From a virus (taxonomy: Duplodnaviria; Caudoviricetes), in IMG/VR virus record IMGVR_UViG_3300007770_000001: a stretch of DNA of 64,000 bases. The stretch is one strand, 5' to 3'. The position numbers and the translations under genes were made by a program. The notes beneath the pieces were generated by a model that had not been told where the DNA came from, did not search any database, and saw only the letters and a program-made list of their open reading frames with translations. Shown here piece after piece: positions 10,172-19,559 of this stretch (positions within the stretch are counted from its first letter, which is position 1; each line of letters opens with the position of its first letter).

Positions 10172-10810
10172 ATGCGTCCTGACCCAAAGAAGGTTGCTGC
10201 TGCTTTCCTCGCGCAGAAGTCCGGTATGTCTCGGACGGCGGGTGAGGTTCGGTTCGTCAAGGATCGTGGGGGTGACAAGTCCGAGTGGGGTTGGAACACC
10301 CCCGGCCCGTCTGAGAGAGATATCTCGGACAACTTCGTGTTCAACGCGGAGAACCTGAAGCCGTTGGCTTTGGTGATGCGGTCGGTCCTGATGGGATTGG
10401 GCCACGCCACTTCGGCGCACACTCGGATGGTGAAGATCAAGAGCCGGAACGTTAGCCCTGATGGGGCTCTCGGAGGCAAGGGGTACATTCAGAAGATCCC
10501 GGACCTGCGGCGCCAGCTCATGAACTGTGTCGAGGTTCTCTCTGCGATTTCCGATACCCTGTACGATGAGATCAAGGCCCCTCACTGGGATCCCTCCGAG
10601 GACAAGATGACTCCACGGGACCGCGACGAGGTTCGTGAGATCGTAGAGGACGCTGAGGAGATCAAGGAAGATCCTGAGGCCTGGGCGGATGAGCAGGAAG
10701 AAGAGCTCGATGAGGAACACGACACCCTCGCTGTCCACAAGCAAGCAAGCCAGAAGGTGAGCTTGCACCGGGTGATCCGGAACTTCCAGAGGAGCACCGA
10801 TGTCGGATAG
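10172..10810 (+). CDS. Hypothetical protein with N-terminal PKKVAAAF motif (candidate head-internal protein)
   Basis: CAGGAG RBS, CTAT element 30 nt upstream; stop overlaps the next start. Confidence 0.7.
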   Translation: MRPDPKKVAAAFLAQKSGMSRTAGEVRFVKDRGGDKSEWGWNTPGPSERDISDNFVFNAENLKPLALVMRSVLMGLGHATSAHTRMVKIKSRNVSPDGALGGKGYIQKIPDLRRQLMNCVEVLSAISDTLYDEIKAPHWDPSEDKMTPRDRDEVREIVEDAEEIKEDPEAWADEQEEELDEEHDTLAVHKQASQKVSLHRVIRNFQRSTDVG

Positions 10811-13208
10811 CACGATCCACCAGCTGGGCAATGCGGAGCTCCCCGCTGACCTGTTCACGGAGACCCTGGCGAACGGCTTTGGGCTCGGTGAGTACCCTGA
10901 CATGCAATACGGAATGGGGTCTCAGTCAGCCGTTGTCCTGCAGGACGGCCCCACGACTGCACCTGCTGTTCCTGACGGTCTGGCGAAGGGGTCCGCAGAG
11001 GATCTCGATCTCCGTTCTCTGATCGCCGAGACCGTCCCCGATCTCGATTGGCTCGACGCCAGCCTCCTGGAGCAGGATCCCGCGCGCCTTCCGAAGAACC
11101 CAACGGACGTGATCCCGGAGCTCGTTGACGCTTGGAGCTCCGACGGCCCTTCTCTCACAGCACAGACTCGAGACCTTTCCCGCGTTCGGTACGAGGAATC
11201 TCTCAAGGAGGGCTCCGGGACTTCCCAGAAGGCTTCCGTCAAGCAGATGCGAGAAGTGGCTTCCAAGGCGATGCGTCGGTCTGTGATGGGTCACGATATC
11301 GCGACCATCATCCGCGAGGCTCAGGAGTGTATGGGGGAAGAGGCGGCCCGGTTGGAGCCTCTCCTCAAGATGGTCCTCGCTGAGCATGGCCTGGCGGGGA
11401 ATGTGTTCATTCGAGCTGCTGCCTATCCCAAGTACGGGTCGGGCCAGTGGGGAGCCCACCTCCGGAGATATGCACGGGACGCCCGGTATGTGGTGGTCTC
11501 TGAGCGGGATCTCAAGAACGCAACCTGGATCCAGAACGGTCGGTGCTCTCTCACCGGCAAGTTCGCCGTCACGAAGGTCCCCTGGGAAGAGGCAGTCACC
11601 CACTACAAGTCTCGGCTGGCTGGCCGCTCTCCTTCTCGCACTGGTCTGCGTTCTGCGTTCCTCCAGAGGGAGGGTCTCTCCAAGAAGGCCAACAGCTGGC
11701 TTCCACACCACACGGCTGCTGCTGATCGGGTCTCCACTGAGGAGGCGTGGAAGGCGTTCGCGTCGTACAAGCCCGAGGTTCCTCAGCTTCGGGATCCGAA
11801 GGCCGTGCGGCTGGCTTCGGACAAGCGGGCGGCAGAGGAGAAGATCAACTCCCTCGTCGCTCAGGGAGTTCTCCCTGAGGTGGACCGGGATCGTATCCTG
11901 GCCTCTGGCGCTTCTCCCTCTGACCAGTTGAAGGCGGCAGCTCAGATCGCTGCTCTCCCCAAGGTCTCTGCGTACCAGGGAGTGCAGAACAAGGCCAACG
12001 AGGTCAATCGAGATCTGTATCTGGCGCGGCTCGAGATGAGCCACCTGGCTGCTCAGGAGCGTGTCTCCCGCCTCCGTGTCGAGGCTTCGCGCCGCTCTCA
12101 GGCAGCCATTCAGGACCTGGTGGATCGAAAGATCCTCAAGGCCTCCGAAGCGAAGGCGATGCTGGAGTCCGGCAAGTCGGTCCACGCAATCCTCCGCGCA
12201 GCAGCCAAGATCTCCCTCATCCGACAGGGTGAGTTCAGCGGCCAGAACAACAACGCAGCTGAGGCGGGAGTCCAGAGGGTTGTCTCCGGAGCAGAGAAGA
12301 ACCAGGCTCGTATCCGCACTGCCCAGACCAACATCGACCGTCGTGTCCGGAGGGAAGCAGCGGAGAGTACCCTCGAGGCCCGCGCCGCCCAGGATCGCGT
12401 CACCCGGCTCAAGGCAGGGTATCGGGAGGTCCGCCGGGCGATCGAGGCTGGCGCCCGTGGTCAGGTCCTCAAGAACATCATCGCCAAGACGTTCCATGGG
12501 AACGATGCCGAGATTGGCCGTCGTATGCTCGCTGGCCTCCTGGAGCGCACAGGAGCCCTGAAGGAGCCCACCAAGGCCAACTATGAAGGGAAGTCCTTCA
12601 AGATCCATCAGGCAGAGGCTCGGAAGGCTCGGTTCTCTGGGACCGAAGCCCGGAAGGTCCTGTCTTGGCTCGGCCGGACCCTCTCTGAGGGCTTCGCAGG
12701 GAAGCCCTTGGATGAGCTCATCCAGCGTCGGTTCACTGCTCGGACACGGGAGGCTCTCAAGAGCGAGATCTTCGTAGCTCGGACCTCCCACGAGGGTGGT
12801 GCAGGGTTCGTCTATGTGGACGCCTCTGCGTATGCAACCCTCAAGGGGGTCAAGGGGTGCGAGACCGGGGCCCTCAAGCACCGGGCGAATCAGATCCCCT
12901 CCGTCCTGGAGATGAGCCGGTGCGCTTCTTGCTCCCTGGTCTCGACTCGGGAGAACGGCGAGCGGGTTTGCTCCCTGTACAACAAGGTCCTGCTCGCCGA
13001 CGCTCGGGGTCCCGAGATGGACCGCATCCGTTCGGCCAACGTCCAGGTAGCCAACATGAGCCGCGCGGAGCAGACCCAGTCTCTGTTCGCCGGTGTCTAC
13101 GATCCAGCGGAGTTCGATCTCCAGAACACCAATCTGGAGGGGATCTCTCCCGGGATGCCTGAGACGGACAAGTTGGCTGAGATCTTCTTCGAGACGCGAC
13201 TGCAGTGA
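10800..13208 (+). CDS. Large helical hypothetical protein (candidate head-internal protein)
   Basis: 802 aa, coupled to both neighbours; Cys pair C(A)SC near the C-terminus. Confidence 0.7.
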   Translation: MSDSTIHQLGNAELPADLFTETLANGFGLGEYPDMQYGMGSQSAVVLQDGPTTAPAVPDGLAKGSAEDLDLRSLIAETVPDLDWLDASLLEQDPARLPKNPTDVIPELVDAWSSDGPSLTAQTRDLSRVRYEESLKEGSGTSQKASVKQMREVASKAMRRSVMGHDIATIIREAQECMGEEAARLEPLLKMVLAEHGLAGNVFIRAAAYPKYGSGQWGAHLRRYARDARYVVVSERDLKNATWIQNGRCSLTGKFAVTKVPWEEAVTHYKSRLAGRSPSRTGLRSAFLQREGLSKKANSWLPHHTAAADRVSTEEAWKAFASYKPEVPQLRDPKAVRLASDKRAAEEKINSLVAQGVLPEVDRDRILASGASPSDQLKAAAQIAALPKVSAYQGVQNKANEVNRDLYLARLEMSHLAAQERVSRLRVEASRRSQAAIQDLVDRKILKASEAKAMLESGKSVHAILRAAAKISLIRQGEFSGQNNNAAEAGVQRVVSGAEKNQARIRTAQTNIDRRVRREAAESTLEARAAQDRVTRLKAGYREVRRAIEAGARGQVLKNIIAKTFHGNDAEIGRRMLAGLLERTGALKEPTKANYEGKSFKIHQAEARKARFSGTEARKVLSWLGRTLSEGFAGKPLDELIQRRFTARTREALKSEIFVARTSHEGGAGFVYVDASAYATLKGVKGCETGALKHRANQIPSVLEMSRCASCSLVSTRENGERVCSLYNKVLLADARGPEMDRIRSANVQVANMSRAEQTQSLFAGVYDPAEFDLQNTNLEGISPGMPETDKLAEIFFETRLQ

Positions 13209-16174
13209 AGCCGAACCCAGCCCGCGTGGCTGTGCGTTGGGCCGTATCCCAGCAGCAAGCAGCCCCGAAGCCCATGGCGCCCGTTGGGAAGCCAGGGGTT
13301 CATGTGGGTCTGTTCTTCCCCGTCCCCGAGGATATCGCTGATCAGTTCCCGGAGAAGGAGCAGGACAAGTCCAACCCCCACGTGACCTTCCTGTATGTGG
13401 GAGAGGTGGAAACCTCTCGGGAACAGGAGCTCGTAGAACTGGTCTCCGACTTCTTCCTGGAGCTGCCGGCTATCCGGGCCTCTCTGGGCCCTATGGACTA
13501 CTTCCTGACGCCAACCCAAAAGGTGGTGTTCAGCTCGGTCCGTTTCTCCCATGACATCTCGAGTATCCGAGACCAGATCCGGGAAGCTCTCCTGAAAGCG
13601 GGCTTCCGTGTCAAAGATGCCTCCCCTATCCGATGGCATCCCCACGTAACCATCGCGTATGTCAGCCCGGAGGAGAACCTCAAGCTGGCGCCGCCCAAGG
13701 GGTCCTGGGATATCGAGACTGTGCGGGTCTGGGGCTTCTCCAAGGAGCACACGATCCTGTTCGGAGGTGCGGGCCGCCGTCCTACCTTCAAGAGCATGTC
13801 CCATCGGGTCGCTGCCAAGTACAAGTCCAAGAAGGATGTCAAGGGTCCCGACGGCAAGACCCACACGATCTACGAGTACTCGGACCAGCACAACGCGAAC
13901 AAGGACAAGGACAAATCCAAGAGGGTCGAGAAGCTCCGCCAGAGCCTCTCGAAGCTCCGGAGCAAGTACCGTAAAGGGCTGTCAGCAGAGGACGCTCGAG
14001 AGCGTCTCACGGCCCTCGCCGTTGCTCTGGTAGACTGCACCTACGAGCGCGTCGGGAATGACGGCTCCGCCAAGGAAGGACACTTCGGTGTCACCGGCTG
14101 GCAGAAGAAGCATGTCACCATCTCTGGGAATACAGCCACCTTCAAGTACACCGGGAAGTCGGGGATCGACCACGAGAAAAAGGTCACCAACTCCAAGGTG
14201 GTCGGGGCTCTCAAGAAGGCACTCGAAGGGAAGAAGCCCGGGGACAAGATCCTTTGCGATGGCGATGAGTGTGTGATCTCAGCCACCCAGGTCAATCAGT
14301 ACCTGTCGGAGTTCGGAGTCACCGCCAAGGATATCCGAGGCCTCCACGCCAACGAGGAGATGAAGAAGAGTCTCTCGGCCATCCGCAAGAAGGGACCCAA
14401 GCTTCCCTCCGACAAGAAGGAGCGGGAGAAACTCCTCAAGGATGAGTTCAAGCAGGCCCTCGAGTCCGCAGCCGAGGCAGTCGGCCACACCACCTCCATT
14501 CTGCGCTCCAGCTATCTGGTTCCGGGTCTGGAGGACAAGTTCATGCAGGACGGAACGGTGATCAACAAGCTGAACAAGGCTGGCCGTACAAAGACGGCTG
14601 CCTTTGACATCCTGCGGCACTGCCCCCACTGTCTGGGGATTGTGTCTGACCTGGCCAAGTTCTGGGATACCTGTACGGACTGTGGCTACGAGGTCAATCT
14701 GGGAGGCTTCTATAATGGGCGTGGTGATGCTCCTCACGGAGGAAAGCCTGTCGAGAGGATGGCCCGCGAAGACGCGTGGCAGCCGATTCCTGAGACGGAT
14801 CCTCGCCTGATCAAGCAGGCCCTGGATACCTTCTCCCAGTACTCCCGAGGTCCAATGATGTGGATCGGGGAGGAAACACGCCTGGCCACACTTGAAGAGC
14901 TCGCCCAGTACCTGGAACGTGTCGGAGCTCCCATCCCTGCCGTTCCCCATACCAAGACTGCTGCGGGGAACCAAGAGGTCATCGAGGCTCCTCACAACTT
15001 CCATCGAGTCAAGGTAGAGCCCCCACGAGCCAAGCGGAAGGTGTACCCGTTCGAGGGCTACATCGACTTCCAGGGCATCCAGATCGATGTAGAGAACAAG
15101 AAGGGGTCCTCTCGCTCCGGGGCGGATCCCGACGGGAACAAGTGGTCTATCAAGATGCACGCCCACTACGGGGAGATCCGTGGGACCGAGGGCACCGACG
15201 GGGATAAGCTTGACGTCTACGTGGGGGAGAACCACGATTCCTCGGTGGTGGTCGTAGTTCACCAACAGGACCCCAGCACTGGCAAGTTCGACGAGGACAA
15301 GGTCCTGTTGGGATTCGACTCTCCTGAGGAGGCCATCGGTCTCTACAAGAAGCAGTACGACAAGCCAGGCTTCTTCAAGGAGGGCGAGTTCCTGACCATG
15401 CCCATTGGCCAGTTCTGGCGCTGGGTCAACGATCGGAAGAACAAGGGGAAGAAGGTGAAGGCTCGGTACTGGAGACCTCTCTCCGATGCTGTCGGGCTCA
15501 AGACTGCCAAGAAGGGCTCCTGGCAGGAGAGGTACTGGAAGACTGCCATTATCCACCTCTGGAACGCAACAGACGGAGAGGGTGATCTCCGGGGGAATCC
15601 CGGTCTTCAGTCGAGCCTGACTCTGTACGAGCGCGCGCTGATACAGGAGCTCTTGATTCATGAGCAGCCCATTCTCCGGACGGGCGAGCACTACCACGTC
15701 CGGGACCACCGACTGGATCCCGAGGCGGTTGGGGAGCTCATCGGCGCAGGATATCTCGAGGAACTGGAGGACGGTTCGGTTGTCGTTTCTCCGATGTACC
15801 ACGCCAAGGCACGCCTGTATGGTGGGGGTCTGACTCTGAAGGAGCAGATCATGGCCTACGAGCTCGGGTACGACCACACCAAGTCTGCTGCGCGTCACGG
15901 TCCTCCGACTCAGGTTGGTCTCTCCTCTGTTCTGAAGCGGAAAGGTCTGGAGCCGGTCGATATCTGGTTCGGACAGGTTCGTCCCCACCGCCGGCCGACG
16001 GTGACCAAGCTCGAGGCTCTGCGCACACGCGCCGGAGATATCGTCTACTTTGCCGGGATGGATGGCAAGGGCGAGCCTGTCGTTGGCCGCACTGAGCGGG
16101 AAGCAAAGGAGCTCGCCAACGAGATCGTTAAGCTCCGCCTTCGCCACCAAACCCCAACGATCCACAGCACCTGA
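13205..16174 (+). CDS. Polyvalent protein: 2H phosphoesterase + DNA topoisomerase IB catalytic core + phage polyvalent inorganic pyrophosphatase-like domain
   Basis: 2H motifs PHVTF and PHVTI. Topo IB pentad ERVGN (R), GKSG (K), KDIRG (R), GHT (H), RSSYL (Y). InPase-like IDVENKKGSSRSG...YGEIRGTEGTDGDKLDVYVG...FDEDKVLLGF. Confidence 0.82.
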   Translation: MKPNPARVAVRWAVSQQQAAPKPMAPVGKPGVHVGLFFPVPEDIADQFPEKEQDKSNPHVTFLYVGEVETSREQELVELVSDFFLELPAIRASLGPMDYFLTPTQKVVFSSVRFSHDISSIRDQIREALLKAGFRVKDASPIRWHPHVTIAYVSPEENLKLAPPKGSWDIETVRVWGFSKEHTILFGGAGRRPTFKSMSHRVAAKYKSKKDVKGPDGKTHTIYEYSDQHNANKDKDKSKRVEKLRQSLSKLRSKYRKGLSAEDARERLTALAVALVDCTYERVGNDGSAKEGHFGVTGWQKKHVTISGNTATFKYTGKSGIDHEKKVTNSKVVGALKKALEGKKPGDKILCDGDECVISATQVNQYLSEFGVTAKDIRGLHANEEMKKSLSAIRKKGPKLPSDKKEREKLLKDEFKQALESAAEAVGHTTSILRSSYLVPGLEDKFMQDGTVINKLNKAGRTKTAAFDILRHCPHCLGIVSDLAKFWDTCTDCGYEVNLGGFYNGRGDAPHGGKPVERMAREDAWQPIPETDPRLIKQALDTFSQYSRGPMMWIGEETRLATLEELAQYLERVGAPIPAVPHTKTAAGNQEVIEAPHNFHRVKVEPPRAKRKVYPFEGYIDFQGIQIDVENKKGSSRSGADPDGNKWSIKMHAHYGEIRGTEGTDGDKLDVYVGENHDSSVVVVVHQQDPSTGKFDEDKVLLGFDSPEEAIGLYKKQYDKPGFFKEGEFLTMPIGQFWRWVNDRKNKGKKVKARYWRPLSDAVGLKTAKKGSWQERYWKTAIIHLWNATDGEGDLRGNPGLQSSLTLYERALIQELLIHEQPILRTGEHYHVRDHRLDPEAVGELIGAGYLEELEDGSVVVSPMYHAKARLYGGGLTLKEQIMAYELGYDHTKSAARHGPPTQVGLSSVLKRKGLEPVDIWFGQVRPHRRPTVTKLEALRTRAGDIVYFAGMDGKGEPVVGRTEREAKELANEIVKLRLRHQTPTIHST

Positions 16175-18027
16175 TGATTGTCTCCCCCGAGCGTGTGGCC
16201 CGTCTGTTCTTGGCGACCAAGACACGTTCGGAGAAGGAAGAGGCTGAGGCGGAGCGGCTGATCAGGCCCTCTCCGAAGAAGAAGCCTCCTCGTCGGGATC
16301 TGGAACGAGGTCGGGTCAACGATAGCGAGGACGACCCGGACGAGAAGCAGGACAAGAAGGACCGGTCCCACAACTACAAGGACTCAAGCTTCGACCTGGT
16401 AGCTTGGTGGTTCAAGAACGCTCGGGACACCAGTACGGTCAGGATGCGCAAGGTGGATACCGGGCGCGTCGTCGACGTCTCTCCGGACACTGTCTCTGAG
16501 AACCCAGGCGCGTACGAGGAAGTCACTGGGGACGATGCAACAGATACGGACGACGCTGATCCTGATGCAACCGAGGACACCCCTTCCGACACTCCCAGTT
16601 CTGATCCAAAAGGGGATGCCCCTCCCAAGCCTGACCCCTCCTCTCTCCCAGGGCCTACGGACCTCCCGGACAAGGACGCGTACGAGAAGTTCCGCTCCGA
16701 TGCCATGGCTCGCTACACAGCCTTGGGGATAGCTGAAGACGAGGTTACTGAGATCTTGGACATGGTCTCGAACCAAGGGGACGCTGAGGAATCAGTGGTC
16801 CTGTTGGATGAGCTCGCGGATACGGCTGCTGCGGAAAAGGCGGACCGAGAGAAGGCCGAGAAGGCCGAGGCCGAAGCTCTCCAGAAGGAGCAGACCGAGG
16901 CTGAAGAGGCTCGGAAGAAGGAGGAGCGGGACAAGCTCACCAAGGATCTCACTCAGGGTCTGCCGAGGGACCAGGAGTCTGCTCTTGAGAGGTCCCTCGG
17001 GAAGCTCTCTCCCGAGCAGTTCCAGGCGTTCTCGGAAACTCTGCAGAACCGGGTGTCTGACCTCAACGCGAGTCGTCCGGACATCAAAGAGTTCATGGAG
17101 GACCTCTCCGCGCGGAAGAAGGATCTCCGGGAAAGCACTGACCCGGCCCGGTTGGGAGAAGCCCTCGCGGCCGTGACCTACTTCAACACGGTGGTAGACA
17201 ACCCTGCTGTGGATCTGGATAACCCTCTTCCGGAGAAGGGAGGGGACGAGCTGGAAGGGGATGCTCTGACTGAGGCCCGGAAGAAGTCGGTCGAGAGGTC
17301 CTCACGTGCAGTAGAGAAGTATCGTGCGATGTCCTCCGAAGATCGGAAACGTCACCTCAAGCGGCTGGACCAAGAGCTCCTGGATCTCCCAGACGGATCG
17401 CCCCGCCGAGTAGAGCTTGAGGCGATTGAGAAGGGGTTGGGAATCGCTGCTGTCCTCGAAGAGGGAGACTCGGTTCGAGGAGCCGGCTCTGCAGTAGCCG
17501 GAGTCATCCGTGCTGCCGATACAGCTGGGGATCTTGACAAGATCCTATCTCTCTCTGTGTTGGAGAGCACCGATGCCCTGGGTTCGGATGACCAGCATAT
17601 CATCCGTGGTGTCTACAACAACCTGGGCTCTATGGATTTCGTAGATGTGGTCGCCAAGGACCACCCCGCCCGTCCCCTCGCTGAACTCCTTGCGGACCCG
17701 GCGGGGAGCAAGAACATGTCCCGGGCGGACAGGGCGTTCATGAAAGAACTCCTGGTGGATGCCCTAGTCGCGGACACTGCCTTCCTGGATCCCCTCGTTT
17801 CAGGGGAGAGCGAAGGCCTCACGGTCAAGGAACACCGCAAGAAGTCTCTGAAGAAGCGGAAGAAGTTCACCCCATCGACCAAGATCCCAACGGACGTCAA
17901 GGGCGCTCGTGGTTGGTTCGAAGAGTTCCTCGAGAACCTCTCCGCACCGTTCCGAAAGAAGTCCTCCTCCCACATTCCTTGGGATTTCACCCCCTGGAAC
18001 CCCGAAACCATCACCTTCCAGACCTAA
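16174..18027 (+). CDS. Acidic helical hypothetical protein with N-terminal PERVARLF motif
   Basis: 617 aa, TGATG coupling to the polyvalent gene. Confidence 0.7.
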   Translation: MIVSPERVARLFLATKTRSEKEEAEAERLIRPSPKKKPPRRDLERGRVNDSEDDPDEKQDKKDRSHNYKDSSFDLVAWWFKNARDTSTVRMRKVDTGRVVDVSPDTVSENPGAYEEVTGDDATDTDDADPDATEDTPSDTPSSDPKGDAPPKPDPSSLPGPTDLPDKDAYEKFRSDAMARYTALGIAEDEVTEILDMVSNQGDAEESVVLLDELADTAAAEKADREKAEKAEAEALQKEQTEAEEARKKEERDKLTKDLTQGLPRDQESALERSLGKLSPEQFQAFSETLQNRVSDLNASRPDIKEFMEDLSARKKDLRESTDPARLGEALAAVTYFNTVVDNPAVDLDNPLPEKGGDELEGDALTEARKKSVERSSRAVEKYRAMSSEDRKRHLKRLDQELLDLPDGSPRRVELEAIEKGLGIAAVLEEGDSVRGAGSAVAGVIRAADTAGDLDKILSLSVLESTDALGSDDQHIIRGVYNNLGSMDFVDVVAKDHPARPLAELLADPAGSKNMSRADRAFMKELLVDALVADTAFLDPLVSGESEGLTVKEHRKKSLKKRKKFTPSTKIPTDVKGARGWFEEFLENLSAPFRKKSSSHIPWDFTPWNPETITFQT

Positions 18028-18126
18028 AACTACTCTGCTGTTCCCGATTCTTGCGGTACCAGTTTTATATGGCTTCCGCTAAAGGTGAGTCGGCTCAGCC
18101 GTCCCTATCTCTGTGGAGACTGTGAA

Positions 18127-19065
18127 ATGACCAACAAGCTGACCCGGCTCGGTGCTCGGAACCTGACTTCGGCGATGGACAACGTCGCCGATACGATCCA
18201 GACCCACTTCGCTCTGCTGGGCATCGACCCGAAGATCGCCGGGGACTATGCCCTGCGGACCGATCTTCTCTCCGATGTCATCGAGCGGCGTGCCTCTGAG
18301 AACTTCCCCAAGAACGCGGACATGGATCTCTCCGTCATCGGAGAGACCACCACCGCTTCCTCTGTCCCCGGCTACGCAGGGTTCACCGCTCAGATCCGTG
18401 AGCTGGAGGGCCTCGCGACCCAGGCTGCTGAGATCTCCGCCCAGGTGGAGGAGGCCGTCGGCCCTCTCCTGCGGGAAGGCTCGGTTCTGGACGCCGGCCA
18501 GAAGAAGATCCACAAGGCCATCGTCGACGGGTACAAGCAGCACCTGGGGCAGATCGGAGACATCATCATCGAGCGCAAGACAGCTCTGGTGGGCGCTCGT
18601 GCCCGCCTCAAGGTCACCCAGGTCCGCCGGACTCCCAACCAGGTTCAGGGGGAGCTCCTCACGGCCGTTACTGAGCGCTACGGCGCTGAGGTCGCTGACT
18701 TCATCGCCACCACCCAGTCGGCCCTCCGGGATGCCGAGAAGAACCTGCGGATCGCCTTCAAGGGCTTCGAGCTCGAGCAGCGTGCTCTCACCGCCTCCGG
18801 CAAGACGGCGGGCCTCGCCGATCTTCTGGCCCGGTTCCAGGAGACCCTGTCCAAGACCTGGCAGCGTATCGTTCAGGTGGTCCAGAACGCCGTCGGTCTG
18901 GTCTCCGGGGCGGCCAAGCGCGTCACCACGGCCCATGACGACTTCATGGAGGCCTTCTCCGCAGCACAGTCCAAGGCTGCCTCTGATGACGAGGATGCTG
19001 AGGACACCGACAAGGAAGCCTCCCAGACCGACAAGGTCGCGGGCCCCTTCAACCTCTTTGCGTAG
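18127..19065 (+). CDS. Coiled-coil hypothetical protein (candidate head core protein)
   Basis: ATG 18127 after GGAG, strong C-ending codon bias; shares DTDKEAS with the scaffold. Confidence 0.65.
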   Translation: MTNKLTRLGARNLTSAMDNVADTIQTHFALLGIDPKIAGDYALRTDLLSDVIERRASENFPKNADMDLSVIGETTTASSVPGYAGFTAQIRELEGLATQAAEISAQVEEAVGPLLREGSVLDAGQKKIHKAIVDGYKQHLGQIGDIIIERKTALVGARARLKVTQVRRTPNQVQGELLTAVTERYGAEVADFIATTQSALRDAEKNLRIAFKGFELEQRALTASGKTAGLADLLARFQETLSKTWQRIVQVVQNAVGLVSGAAKRVTTAHDDFMEAFSAAQSKAASDDEDAEDTDKEASQTDKVAGPFNLFA

Positions 19066-19079
19066 GTCGATCTGATCGG

Positions 19080-19559
19080 ATGACTCGCTCCGCTTCCAAC
19101 TTCGTCGACTTCCAGTCTCGGGCTCGTGAGTTCTCCGAAGGGGACCTCGCTGCCCCCTTCGGATATTCCGTGGACCAGGCAGGACGGGTCACCAATGTGT
19201 GGCCTGCCGTCGGGATGGTGGATGTGGAGTTCGCGACGGGGAACCGTCGTCTTCCGGCAGAGGATCTCCAGAAGTTCACTCCTGATGGAGATCCTGACCC
19301 CCCGAAGACCAACTCGGTCACCGGACCGAGTTCTACCAAGGTGGCACTCTACTGGGCTCAGCGGGATCGCAAGTATCGGATGTCTCGTCCTGAGATCATC
19401 GATGGTTGTCCCTGCTGCCCTCGCTGCCCGGACAAGCCCAAGCTCAGCCGCGCCATCTACAAAAGGTTGGACGGCGCCAGCGAGCGGCTCCTCGGTTGCA
19501 AGTCCTGTCTCTTCCTGATCAAAAGTTCTGATATCGTCAATATGGGGGGTGGGGGATGA
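19080..19559 (+). CDS. Hypothetical protein with C-terminal Zn ribbon (CPRC...CKSC); 3' end appears recoded
   Basis: Two CxxC pairs; the last codons use AAA/TCT/GAT/AAT, unlike the rest of the gene. Confidence 0.7.
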   Translation: MTRSASNFVDFQSRAREFSEGDLAAPFGYSVDQAGRVTNVWPAVGMVDVEFATGNRRLPAEDLQKFTPDGDPDPPKTNSVTGPSSTKVALYWAQRDRKYRMSRPEIIDGCPCCPRCPDKPKLSRAIYKRLDGASERLLGCKSCLFLIKSSDIVNMGGGG

